DNA from: Epiperipatus broadwayi
Taxonomy: Eukaryota; Animalia; Onychophora
DNA length: 64,000 nucleotides
Direction: 5' to 3'
NCBI GenBank assembly: GCA_028023455.1
Contig: JAQFVV010000004.1
Location: 21,018,001 to 21,082,000, forward strand
Shown here: piece by piece, positions 1 to 12,700 of the stretch
How positions within the stretch are numbered: position 1 is the stretch's first letter
Layout of the letters: the number at the start of each line of letters is the position of its first letter
Notes under the pieces: model-generated
The model's input: only the letters and a program-made list of their open reading frames with translations
Databases searched by the model: none
Told to the model about the DNA's origin: nothing
Position numbers and translations under genes: made by a program

Positions 1-1314
1 GTTGTTATTGTTGATCTCAAAAATAAAGCCAGGTTGGAAGAAGCTGAAAAGAATTAAATTATTTTTGTGTAACACTAAAGTTAAAATTTTTAGAAATATT
101 TCATTTCCGTTTTCCCGAGGAGAAATGAAAATAACTTGTCCTGAAGAAACAAGGATTTTAATGGACTGAATTTAAAACAAAGAAGTTGTGAACTTTTTAA
201 AACACTTCATATAGTAATTTAATAATTGTAATTTAACATTTACCTCGTTCAAAATACCTATTGGCCGAGTGAATTAAAGTTCTAAATTTTTGATTGGTCA
301 ATTACAGAATGAGCATTAAAAATATATTTAATCTTGTAAAATTATTCTCATTTTAATTGAGTTTCTAAAAAGCAAATTAATAATTTGTTAGATTATTAAA
401 GTAAATGAAAGTTTTTTCAAAAATAAATTTCTATTTATAATTGATAAAAATAATCTATAATGGACAACATAAAATGTACTTTTCATAATCTATTACAAAA
501 TGTAGCTTATGTCAATGATTTCTTTCTCAATTTACTTTTGTCTAAAAGTAAAGAATTTTTACTAAAATCTGAACTATTCTTCTAAAATAATTATGTTTTC
601 ACACAAATTTTATGAAAATAATAATAAATATGGGAAAAAATTATCTAAAACATGTATTTTCATTTTGAAAATCAAAACAAAGAACTTAGAACTGTCACAA
701 TTGTTGACAAGCGCTCCCTTTTGTAGAGAATGTAAAAAACCAAACAGCGCCTTGGAAGGCAGGCCTTATGTCATTGTTATAACTTTAAATTTAAATATTA
801 TTGATTTTTTAGTTATAAAATAATTATAAAGAGGGCAGCATCATACAGTATGTTTTTCTTAAAATGACCATAAAATTGGCAAAATAATATAAAAATTAAC
901 GGTTTGAGAGCGAGTTATAGCTGCATACAAGTATCCTTATGGAGAACAGTCCATTAATAAATATTTTATAAAGCGACATGGACAAATTGTAATACTAGAA
1001 GTAGCTGAGATAATTTAATAGTAGTCTTATAAAATGTCTTCAATAGTTCGTATCTTATTGAAAAAAAAATCATCTGTTCTTTATCTTTTAAAAACGTCAC
1101 CAATATTTCTGAGTGCCTAAAAAGCCCTTCTAAAAAAAAACCCACCAATTCATAAGTACATTCCAAAAAAAACAGAACTTCGAACTGTTATTTTTTCCAT
1201 TCCGGTTTTCATTCCGGCAAAAATGTTTTTTTTTTCTGGTTTGCGGTTTGAAGCCCTGAAAAAACATAATCACCCTCTGGTACACTTTCACCAAAAAAAG
1301 TCACCCCAACATTT

Positions 1315-1333
1315 AAAAGTTTGGTCACCCCTG
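1315..1333. mobile_element. Orphan right terminus of a hAT (Charlie-like) element
   Basis: AAAAGTTTGGTCACCCCTG reverse-complements to CAGGGGTGACCAAACTTTT, a Charlie-type TIR. The matching left end and TSD were not found. Confidence 0.45.
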
Positions 1334-4300
1334 GTGCATAATATTATTATTATTTTACATAAATGTTCTGGACATTCATACAGAAAATGTAGTGTATATG
1401 TGAATATTATAATTAGCCAAAAAGAGAGAAAATAACCTTTAATATTATTTGTACATTAATAATAATATATATTTAAAGAATTCTATAAAATATTATATAA
1501 GTAATTTAAAATATTGTATAAAGTAATTTTAAATTTAATTATTAAAAAAGTAATAATAATAATGTTGGATTAATGTTTTAAATTTATAAAGCATTTTATA
1601 AAATATTGTTAATTTTTATACGAACATTTGTCAAAATATACAATTGATATTACATTTTTAAAAAATAATTTGAGAAAAAAAAACACATTTTGGGAATTTA
1701 TTGTCTGCTCATTCTAAAAATTCATAAGAAATTAGATTATTTGCAGTTTTTATAAAATGGCAATAACTGAAATGTTTTAAGTGGATTTTATTGCAATGGC
1801 AGATTGATATATATGAGATCATTGTCTGGATATCTGAACCAACTTTATAGGAAAGTCTTCAGAATGAATTAGAAATAAAATATTGTGAATTCTTATCCTC
1901 TACAGCAACTTGACAATCAGACAAAGGAATTACATATAGAAGTGATCGTCAATATTAAATATAAATATAATTCAATAAACAAATAAAGAATCAACAATTA
2001 GGATACAAATATTAGAGTTCTGAAATATGTAAATAAAGAATAATTAATATTTATGATGACAAGATAATTGAAATTTGGATTAAAAGTTAAAAGTTATACA
2101 AACATCTTTATTTGTGCGTAATTTATCAGGAAATTTTGTATATAAACTTTAACATAAGCTATTTATAATTTACAAAAGAACTTTTGGTATAGAAATATAT
2201 TATTTATCATTATTTTACGTATTTAAAAGTATTTTATAAATGGTACATATAGTTTATTGAATAATTTTAAATATTTAAGATTTAAATACTATTTTAATTT
2301 TGTTTTGATAATAAAAACTTTATATAGTTTTATTTATTGTTAACAAGAGTAAAATTTATTTTTTAAGTAAGAGAATTATTAGAACTTGATTTAGAAAAAA
2401 AATATATACAAACAATTTTGTTTTGAATGTTATAAATTTGAATAAATGAATGTTGGGCAGGATTGAATGATTAATGGAAGTCATGGAACAGTGCAAATGA
2501 TCTAAATTTAAATAATTTTTGAATTTCATTTTCAGTGTCTTGAATTAGGAAGTGTTAAATGCTTGATATATTTTTTATAGAATCTTGTTATAAAATGATA
2601 ATGCAACTTAAGTAATTTCAATGCATGGATTTATTTGATGTTTATTTATGATATTGAGCATGTGTCTAATATATTTTACATATAATCAATATTAAAACAG
2701 GCATGCAAATATTAAAATTATTATTTTGAAATAAGGGTTTTATTGTGTGTATAGTGTTCTGTCTCGAATATAAAAATGCAGATGCGGAATTCTTGCTTAT
2801 TTGTATTGATATAATTATATGGATGCTCATAGATGTTGTGCATTTCTGCTTTTACATTGAAGATAATTATATTCATGCACATCATTTATTTATATTTTGA
2901 TATTCCATAAATTGCATTGGAAATCCTAGCATACAATGATTAGTTCACTATTTATTAGTGAGTATTAACATAATGATATTTTATGGGCATATATATTTAT
3001 ACGTGAACTCAAATGCAGACTGATATTATGAATTGTTGATGGTAAGAATCCTACTTGCAACCGCCTGATTATATTTTAGATATTATGACTTATATCAATG
3101 TATTTTATATGCATATCTTATTTTTATCTTTTTATAGAGAACTAAATGTATGATATAATATCAAGTTATAATATTACTGTTGGTAATAAAGTTGTTTTAT
3201 TGCAGATAACGTGATACTTAGGTTACTGTTTTTAAATCCTGTCAAAACATCTTTTTCTTATTTTTATATATATGAACTAAATTGATATCATACCCATTCA
3301 TGTTTACATGATACATTAAAATATAATAAACCCTAATATCAGTATAGAAATAAGATTAAACATAGCAATGAAATTTGTATGAACTAGATGATAGCACTGT
3401 TACTTATCAATTAATTTATTATAACTTTGGCACTATCAATGTGAGAAGCAAACTACCCTTTTAGTTGTTGATTTATTATTTTGTTTATATGTTAATCAAT
3501 ATGATAATGATTTTACTGATTGTTTGTTTGATTCATTTTAAAAGAGAAATATACTTGTGATGATTTCTGACCATTATAATATATTATTGTAATTCATATG
3601 CAGTTTATGAATATTGATATTGAATTATATGTATACTTACTTAAAACCATAAGGATATATATAAATAAATACAAAAGTAATATAATACTAAAATGGTTTA
3701 TGAATTAAACTTAATATTTATTTTTTTCATTTACATTAATCTTTAAAAAGAAAAAAAAATATTTAAATGTTATGGTTTTTTTTTCCTTCTCTGTTAGCAA
3801 TTTATTTTCAAATTTAAAAACAATCTTACAATTTCTTTAGCAAAATGAAAGAGATCTTTTTGTATCTCTGTAAACTTGCATTAAATATTTTAAAAGATGT
3901 ATAGATATCAAAGACAAGATCAATTTCTAGAAGAACAATATATAGGAAATCTTATAATTATATTCTAGAATACATTTGATTAAAGATTATTAATAAAAGT
4001 ATTTAAAAATAATAATTATCTAATAAAAGTATTAAAAGAAATAATTAAAATAATATAAAATAAAGTAGAAGTTCATAAGAATAAGAAAATTACTATAAAA
4101 GAAATAATATACAGGAATAAAAACTAATAACAATAAAATAATAAAAATTATATATAAATTAAATACCAAACATTAGTATACAATATATTAAAATAGTTGA
4201 TATAAAAAAGAAAAAAATTTTTTTTTAAAAAAACAATAAACATATTGTAATAAAAATATTTTAAAAGCATCACATATTTATTGGAACGATAAAGAATTTA

Positions 4301-6668
4301 ATTAAAACAACTGAAACAACATCAATAAAAAGTTCTATATCTATACATGCAAAAGAAACAAGTCATAAATATGAAGACAAAAATAAAAAAACATACTTTT
4401 TAATAAAAAGAATGATGCACTGATAATAAGAAAACTTAGACATAATATAGAAAAACATTAAGATTATTATTAATATTGGATAATTTATAGGATTTATTTT
4501 AAAATAAAATTAAATTATTACAAGAAAAATATAGATTTGTTTTTAAAAAAATAATCGTAGAGAGAGATTGAAAGTTGATTTACAAGATGATTAGAATATG
4601 TTACAGAGAGGGATGGTAAGGGAATTAAAAGTAAAAAAATATATTGGATGATTGGATGGTTAGGATCTGTGGGGGTATGTTAACTAGAAAAGATAGAGAA
4701 AAATATATGTTTATCAGGAAGTGGAATTTTAGGTATGGTTAAGGTGTTTGGAAAAGTAAATGAAGATATTAATATTGTAATGTTTGGAGGACAAATATTT
4801 TTATAAATAGGAATAATGGAAATGTTTTGAAGATATGATTAGAAGTTTGAATGAAAGGGATGAATAGATAATGGTAATGGGATTGGATAGTGGGTTAAAT
4901 TTTAATAAGATTGGTAGATTTAATTTGAGGCTTTTATGTGAGAATAGTAATATTAATTTTTTAGATGTGTGGGATGGGTTTGTTAAAAATATAGATATAT
5001 TTAAAAGATTAGTTTACATTTATTAGAAAGGAAAGATAAAATATTAGGTGAGTTAATTTATAATTTTTATTATCTTAATAAACTAAAACTAAAGAAGAAA
5101 ATATGTGTGTATAGATGAGAATAAAAATGCACTCTGATATAGTTAGATATAAAAATGAAGATAAATTTATATTTAAGGATATGGATAAAATAAAAGAAAA
5201 TGTTGGTGAAAATAAAATGATGAAAAATGTAAGAAAATTGTTATAAGAAAATAATATTTAAAAAAAAAGCTACGAGTGTTATAAAATTTAGTTTTAAAAA
5301 TATGCAGGGAGTTAAACATATAAATAAATGAAAAGAATTGGAAGGTTTTATAGAAGCAAAATTAGAATTGTTAACAGTGATGGAGACACAGTTAAAGGAT
5401 GAAGAAAAACTGGATCTTCAGAAATATAGGGGCCAAATAGATGAGCTGGGATTAAGAGAGGAGGTTAATATTAAGGAGGATAATTTAGAAAGAAATTATA
5501 AAGAATATGTAGATTAGATTAAAATTGGATAACTCAATGGTATGTTATATAGAATATTTAATTACTGGAAATAGGGATGCTGTGATAGAGTGAAATGAGA
5601 TTATTAAGGGATATTTATATAAGAATATAAATGAGTTCAAAAACAATAATTGTAAAATATTATAGGTGGCATGAATGATCATATTAATGAACTTGATGGA
5701 ATGGAAAATATGAAAATAATAATTAAGCTATATGATGGGAATTTTGGCGTTTCGGTCATAATTTTATGTTAGTAGAATTTGAAGTATTTAAAAGACTCTG
5801 TGTTGAAATTTACAGCAAGTTTGAAAGGAATAGGTGGCAAATATGCAATGAGATTAAATTGAGAAGATTTAATAGTATTTAGAAATCACTTATAAAAGAT
5901 GATTTTTAAAATTATCAAGAATGAATGGATATGGTGAAAAATAGTGCAAAGAGTTATATGGGAAAATGGGGGATAAATATTTTAAAAAGTGTAAAAGGAA
6001 GAAGGAAAGCAGTAGGGGATTATGAGACAGTTAAAAAAACAATTGGGAGAAGAAGAGATAACGGTTAGACAATATAATTATTTTAAAAAAAAACAAAGAA
6101 ATAGCTAGGATAGAATTAAGGATGAAAATGAGAAGAATTTAATAAAAAGTCAATGTAGGAAATTAATAGTGTGAGAAAATTTTTTGGAGGTAAATGATGA
6201 AAAAAAAAAATTATTAAATACAGACTGAAGAGAGTTAGACAAACATGAAAAAATATTGAATGAATTTTTATAAAAACCTTGAATGAAAAGTTGAAGAAAA
6301 TGAGGATTAGATGGTATGGCAACTGAAATGATAGTAATAAAAGGAAGTTTTAATAAAATTATAATTGATAATGATTCCACATGAATGGAAAAGTCAGAAT
6401 TAGAATGTTATATAAAGAAAAGAGAAAAAAAAATTAGGCTAATTAGCTATAGACTAGTAGTAATAAGTTCCACAGTTTATAAATTATTTATCTTTATGAA
6501 TAGAGCCAATAAACATCACATGACTACCACTTCTTATGCTTGTGTATAACTGTTGTTAAAACAGGCAAAACTCACTATACATATGCCACACACAGCAAGC
6601 TCGAGTAAATCAATGGATGCCAGAAGGCTTGGGCATAAAATCCCCATCTAGTGCCTACTCATCCAATA

Positions 6669-6709
6669 TCCCCAGACTAGTTTCTGGCTTGTGGCCTTCG
6701 TCAGCGAGG
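6669..6709 (-). ncRNA. Minimal type I hammerhead ribozyme (inverted copy)
   Basis: The reverse complement reads cctcg-CTGACGA-aGGCcacaaGCCa-GAAAC-TA-GTC-tgggga. Confidence 0.75.
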
Positions 6710-6732
6710 TGCAGTGCTCTCAGATCCAAGGC

Positions 6733-6774
6733 TCCTCGCTGACGAAGGCCACGAGCCAGAAACTAGTCTGGGGA
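6733..6774 (+). ncRNA. Minimal type I hammerhead ribozyme
   Basis: tcctcg-CTGACGA-aGGCcacgaGCCa-GAAAC-TA-GTC-tgggga. Core boxes intact; stem I tcctcg/tgggga; palindromic helix III ACTAGT; predicted cut after GUC (6768). Confidence 0.8.
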
Positions 6775-8714
6775 TATTGAATGAGTAGCCATTAGATGGG
6801 GATTTTATGCACAAGCCTTCTGGCATCCATTGATTATTCTAGCTTGCTGTGTGTGGTATACGTGTAGTGTGCTTAGCCTGTTTTAACTTTATGAATAGAA
6901 TTAGAACTTGGATGGAATTCCTATCAAATTTTGAGAGAGATTAGGAATGGATTTTGTAAGGGAGAATGTTAGGGGATAATGATTTAGTACATCTTATTAA
7001 AATAATGTCCAAAGAGAAAAATGATTGCAAATGCAAAATCAAAGAGGTGTGATTCATTGCAAAAAATGAATATGTAATGAACCAGAGAATAAATAGTATT
7101 TAAATAAGAAATTAATTTTTTTTCAGCAGAATAATCATGAATATGAAGCGAAAGTATATTTAGTGATAATAATTTAATAAACATATTTGAACTGATGTAG
7201 TATTTCTTTTTATTTTAGTATGAATAATTATGGCAGAGTATCAAAATATATATATATAGAAAAAGCTTATGATAATATGGATAGAAATAAATTATGGAGA
7301 AATCTTGAAAATATTTGAATAGATTTAAGGTTCAGAAAGATTAGGAGTATCTACAAAGATAATTTGATAAGCATCAATTGGGGAATCATTGGAAATTAAC
7401 TGCAAAATTGAGTTAAACAGAGATATCTATTTTATTATTTATTTTTCATCTAAAAGAATTGGATGTTGAAATAGAAAGGTTAAAAATATAAGTGTTGTTT
7501 CCTATAGTGAAACCGAGAAAATATATAATATGCTATTTGTTTTTTTTTTGGCTGATGTGACATTTTTTTGTGAATGGTACAGAATCTATGAAGTTGTTAT
7601 TAGAGAAGTGTGAAGAGGCAAAATTCAGTGAAGAAAAATCTTAAGATTTTAGCATTTAATGGGAAGGGTAAAACTGAAGGTTGAACGGTGGGATATTATG
7701 CCTTGAAGAAGTGGAGGAGTGTGGGTATTTAGGTAATTTATTGAATGAAAAATAAATTATATAAATAATTGAGAAAAAAAGCAACCCCCCCCCCCCCGCA
7801 ATGAATTGAATAAAAATCTGGCATGTTTCTCATATAATAAGTTTGAAGAAAATAGAATTATTTAAAAAAGAATGTTGGTGTTGGTTTTAATATTTGGACA
7901 TGATGCACTTTATATTGGTAAGGAAAGTCAATAATTTTTAGATAGAATACAAAAACAAATAGGTTGAAATGCCATGAGTCTATTCAGTGTGAAATCAATG
8001 GACTTTCTTTTTTAATGAGAGAAATCAAAAGCCAATTAAAAATATAGATTAGTTAAAATAGTGTTTAATTATATTATTTATAAAAAACTATAATCATGTT
8101 GGTCGTGAAAGATTTTATAGTATGCAGAATTAACAGATAGATAATTTATTTTCATGTATTTATATAGGAAGTGAGATAAATATGTAGTGAATGTATATTG
8201 AGGATAAATAAGTTGGTTGAAGAAAAGAAATTAAAGTTGCAGAAAGTGAATTAAAATTAGAAAAATAGTTTGGAAAGGACAGGCACTTTAGTCATTAGAA
8301 AAAAAATGAATAAAAATATGAATTGTAAATATGGAGTTGAAGAGTATTGAACATGTATTTTTTAGAGTGTAAGATATTTTTTAAAAAAATCAGATTAATG
8401 AGTTAAAAAAATTCAAAGATAAAAAGAGTGAATGTGCGACATTGTATGATTTTTTTAATTTCATTTTTATAACTTTTTGTGAAATATGAGAATAGGCCAA
8501 TGAAAGTATGAAAACAGCTTCAGAAAGAAATGAATCAGATCTAGAGAAATAATTGATAATAAAAAGTAAAAATAAATTTGAAGGGAAGGAATGCATTACT
8601 TACCTAACAATGCTGCTGGACATATAGCTTATGCATAAAAATATTTGACTTTGTGTAAGAAGCCTTTAAAAACTTCACATCACATCTATATGTTTTCTCA
8701 TTTTTTTAACATTT

Positions 8715-8850
8715 GTAGATAAAGCAGGAGAATAGATAAAAAGTTTTTAAGATAATTTAAATAATATATGTATAGATATATATTTATTTATCATTTAGCC
8801 AACATAATGATAATGTTATAGAATATTTTAAAAAAATATTATAAATATAT
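8715..8850 (+). repeat. Dispersed repeat, copy 1 (copy 2 at ~15525-15655)
   Basis: Shares ...gataaa(g/a)caggaga..agataaaaagttt.taagataatttaaataatatat...atatatatttatttatcatttag.caacataat... with the 15.5 kb copy. Confidence 0.75.
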
Positions 8851-8875
8851 ATTATAAAAGTAAAGGTGCATATAT

Positions 8876-11598
8876 TGTAACCTCAACTTTATCTCATTTA
8901 TTTATTAACCTTATGTGCGCCAAACTTCATTTTCTATATGTGTAACCTCAACTCTATTTCATTTATTTCAAGTAGCTAGTCGATTGAATCTAACCTTGGG
9001 ATCGAACAAGGACGGCCAGTGTGTTTGTCTAATTAGATTAATAATATGACTAAGTATACCCGGGCGCCAAATTGCAACTATAAATCATAATGCCCACCAG
9101 AGATCACCATCATCCATGCTTATTACTATAGAAAACAATGGAGAAAGTAACTAAATCGTCTCTCAAAAAAAATATATGTTGATAAATACAACTCAATTTA
9201 TTGTGGTCTTGGTTTCAAACCTAGCAACAACTATGCAAATGTTTCTGTCACAAATTCTCATTACTAAATGAATAATAATGAGACAACTTTTCATCCACAA
9301 CTTTAATATAAATATCTGATCTCGAGTGGTAACTACGAAAATGTTGTATACATTTCCAATTCATATATGATTAGAAATAATTTCCTAATCGATGCGGAGA
9401 ATTCATAACTTATACTTATAAGATAAAATTATTATTTAATTTAAAACAAGATAAAGAATGGTTACAAAGAAATCCTTCCCATGTAATCCCATTATTTATT
9501 TTTCGTTCTCAGCATCTATCACTCTCAATAGTTATAACACTGAATGTTTGTGTTATGTTCTCTATATATTCTTAACTGATAATTTTTAATCCTATTCTCT
9601 CAAACACACATATAAGCCCTCCAACTGACTATCAATTTATGATCCTTATTATAAGAATGGCATTTCCTAAATTTTAATATTTACGTTACTTGATTTCCAA
9701 GCTAGCTCTTGGATTTAATAATCGAAATACTCTTTCTCAAGGTCTAGATCTACTAACGCGGTGCAATTATTACTAACTGATTACATTGCAATGGATATGA
9801 TCCCAAATTTTGCCAAATTAAACTTTAATTACTAGTGGGAATCACATTAAATACCGAAAGCAGGAAAGGGATTTTATGTCTGCTCTCAATATTCATAACA
9901 TTGCAATGAACCGAATGACTAAATTTAATAAATCTAAATTAACTATTTTTTTCACATCTTATTCTAATTTATATCATCTGTTTGCCCAAATTTAGTTAGT
10001 ACTTTTAAATCTATTACACTTTTGCCAAAGTAAACTATGGAAGTAAAACATGGACATTAATCATAGAAATCGATCAAAGAATTACTTATGTAAATGAAAT
10101 ATGGAAATAAATCATAAAAATAGATTATGCAAATCAACTATGAAAATCAATCAATATAAAATAAATTATATAAATTTAAATTATGGAATCAATCAATATA
10201 AAAATAAATTATGTGAATCAACTAGGAAAATCAATCAATATAAAAATGAATTATGTAAATCAATTATGGAATCAATCAATATAAAATGAATAATATAAAT
10301 TTAAATGTGATCTAATATTAGTTCTAGATATAGGTATTGGATATAGATTCTGGAGATATTTAAAATATTAAAACACAAGACGTATGTAATTTCATAACAA
10401 TAACAAATCTTTATTACAATAATAATAATAAAAACACACACTTATATATAATATCATTACACTCAAATATTATACGATATGAGATTTACTAAAGAATGAT
10501 ACTAATGACACGTAATATATATTTAAATTAACTAAATTTCTAAATAACTTAATCATTGTCTTGACCCATCTTTAATCGAATGTTAATACGCTTATGCACG
10601 GAATCATAATCAGAATTCCGTATTTAAATATAATCTGAAATTCTCTTATAACTTTCATAGAACTTATAAATTTCTGCTCCCCCTTTTATTACAACAGTTA
10701 CAAATTGAATTATTCCAGCAGTCAAATACATCTTTATAATAATTCTGAATTTAATTACTTCAACAAGTAATAAATCTTTATATTTCCTATGAAAAGGATG
10801 ATGTGATATGAAAAATATCTAATTGGTTCTGCAAATGGGTTTAAATATGAAAACCATAATTTTACATTCATGCATGCCAAATATTCATGCTTTCCACTTT
10901 AGCGACTGTATATATTTTGATAGGTCAGCATGTTGTCCCCAGCTTGATGATATTCAATTTACCGTCATTCACAAAATCTGACTAGAGACCGGTCAGCTTC
11001 CGAATTAAAATCTGTCATCCCCTTCATCAACACATACATCTGACTGGAACCCTAGTCCTGTCAAAGCGATTTTATCCTGTCTTGCAAAACTATATATTCT
11101 ATAACACTATGCAGCTTTATCATGCACATATCAGTGCCTCAGTAAGGGAAATTAAAAAAACAACAACAACTCCCAACTTCAAATGTCTGCATTGCTCAGA
11201 GAGAAGTTTTCTCTGAGACTTAGAATCGTGTGAGGAACTTTCTCTACACACTACTCTATATAGGTGTGCACAACATTTTCCACAACTCTAACAATAACTC
11301 TATCAATAATTCCCTACCTTAATAAAAACGAATGGAGCTGGAAACTGGTCCAAGATCTCCTTTGCACTACTATGAGATAGTTATTTCCTATCTATCTCTT
11401 GAGGTGGTAAAATAACTACCTCAGTAATAACAAGCATTTATAGCTTTACATCTACTCACACATACATTGATTGCAGTCCAGATAAATGGCAAAGACTAAC
11501 CAGATCTCGAATCAAAACCATGAACTATCTTAATTTAAAAAGTCACGCACACATCAACACCCATCCAATATTTATATTAATAACAGATCAAATCAACA
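8876..11598. mobile_element. Candidate TG..CA (LTR-like) element; right boundary uncertain
   Basis: Starts TGTAACCTCAACT after ATAT, and this terminus is repeated at 8941. PBS-like TGGCGCCCGGG on the - strand at 9059-9069. Decayed coding-like segments at ~9180-9990 (+) and ~10560-10960 (-). The right end is a guess. Confidence 0.25.
10101..10305 (+). repeat. ~42-bp minisatellite, about 5 degenerate units
   Basis: Unit approximately atggaatcaatcaatataaaaataaattatgtaaatcaact; accounts for the 62-aa ORF at 10101. Confidence 0.8.
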
Positions 11599-11950
11599 TA
11601 TAGCATAGCAATGATTTGTCATATGATCATCAATCACTCTTCATACATCTAATACTAAGCATAAAATTTTGTCAATAAAAAAATATTTTGTATCTTTTTT
11701 TTTTTTTTACAGATATGTAAGCATTTATACTTCATCACCAAATCTTTCTTTCTTTTTTTTACTTCAATGGGTCTTATGGATCAAAATCATTTCTCTCTTT
11801 TTTTTAACATTTTAAACAAAAAAATTTAAATTAATATAATCGTTAAAGTTTCTATTAAACATGCTACATATTATATAAGTAATGCAAAATAAATAATAAA
11901 TATTAAGCATTATGGATTGTCTCTTTCAATTGTTTTTTTCCTTTGCTAAG

Positions 11951-12118
11951 TTTGAAGACTTGATATTATTGTCCACCAGTTAATTATTATTTAGTTCATT
12001 TTGTTTTGGAGATAGCTATAGATACAATATAGACTTTGAAGACTTGATATTATTGTCCACCAGTTAATTACTATTTAGTTCATTTTGTTTTGGAGATAGC
12101 CATAGATACAATATAGAC
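11951..12118 (+). repeat. 84-bp tandem duplication
   Basis: 11951-12034 and 12035-12118 differ at 2 positions. Confidence 0.95.
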
Positions 12119-12149
12119 ACACAACTATTCTTTAATCAAGATGTAGCTA

Positions 12150-12700
12150 CATTGATCATTAAAAGTGGTTTAAAAGAGTCCTGCAGATCACTTCCATTTT
12201 GAAGATTTTCTTTCCTGGTTTGAATTTAGATGCTTCTTTCTTTTTCCATTTTAAGTTTAAAACAGTCAAAACAAATAGATTTTATTATCAAAATATGGAT
12301 AGGTTATTTAACATTATATGAAAGTTTGATCGTTGTTCTCTCTTTAAATGAATTTTGATAAACCATATATAAATATTACTGCACTGGATACAACATCTTT
12401 TATTAAGAGCTGATTTGGTCATCATTAATTGACTTTAGAGAAAGAATTGCACACCTATTAAAATTGATTTAGAACTTCATATTCAAGCAATGTTTTATAT
12501 TTCTTAATAAGTATAGTCAATTTTCTGAGAGAAGCAGAAAAATCAGAGAAAACTTTCAGAGATAAATTGGCAAGTTAATTTGAATTATTAAGTCCCCCCT
12601 TCTCTTCTTGGCTCTTTTTATAAGGAAAGGGAAAAAAAATCTGTCAGTTTCTCTTTTTCTGATGTCTGGTTTTTCTCTAATTTTAAGACCTTCTCTCAGA
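12150..12700 (-). pseudogene. Penelope-like RT N-terminal remnant
   Basis: The - strand gives EEKGG (DKG-like), then IYGL/frameshift/KIHLK (the YGLPKIHK motif of PLE RTs) and TYPYFDNKNL. Many stops. Confidence 0.5.

Larger units (their letters stand above)
6505..6886. mobile_element. Fold-back Penelope-type mini-element (family A) with two opposed hammerheads and 13-bp TSD
   Basis: TSD CTTTATGAATAGA at 6492-6504 and 6887-6899. Inverted arms 6555-6709 and 6734-6887 around a 24-nt spacer. The left arm has about 50 nt of extra outer tail (6505-6554). Confidence 0.85.
4600..8400 (+). mobile_element. Decayed CR1/L2-group LINE: SGNH-esterase-like ORF1 plus APE-RT ORF2
   Basis: Motif remnants in the expected order. 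NLRLLCENSNINFLDVWDGFVKNIDIFKR (~4922-5010, esterase-like ORF1). KNMQGVKH..ELEGFIE..LTVMETQL (~5293-5400, APE). YRLVVISSTVYKLF / QILREIRNGFCKG (RT, split by the insertion at 6505-6886). KAYDNMDRNKLW (~7261), and degenerate ADD and YLG regions. Many stops and frameshifts; boundaries approximate. Confidence 0.7.

Noticed and set aside
241-960. MITE-like, slightly GC-richer block
   Set aside because: No matching TIR pair or TSD could be identified.
593-1435. Short ORFs in the supplied track (and most other 60-120 aa ORFs)
   Set aside because: AT-rich low-complexity translations with no recognisable motifs or splice context.
1740-3500. Coding-like decayed sequence
   Set aside because: No frame stays open and no motif was recognised.
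10101-10305. Possible CRISPR-like array
   Set aside because: Contiguous degenerate tandem units without unique spacers, in a eukaryotic context; it is a minisatellite.
11713-11716. Possible 4-nt micro-exon (acAG-ATAT-GTAAGC)
   Set aside because: The splice signals are plausible but cannot be linked to any gene without RNA data.
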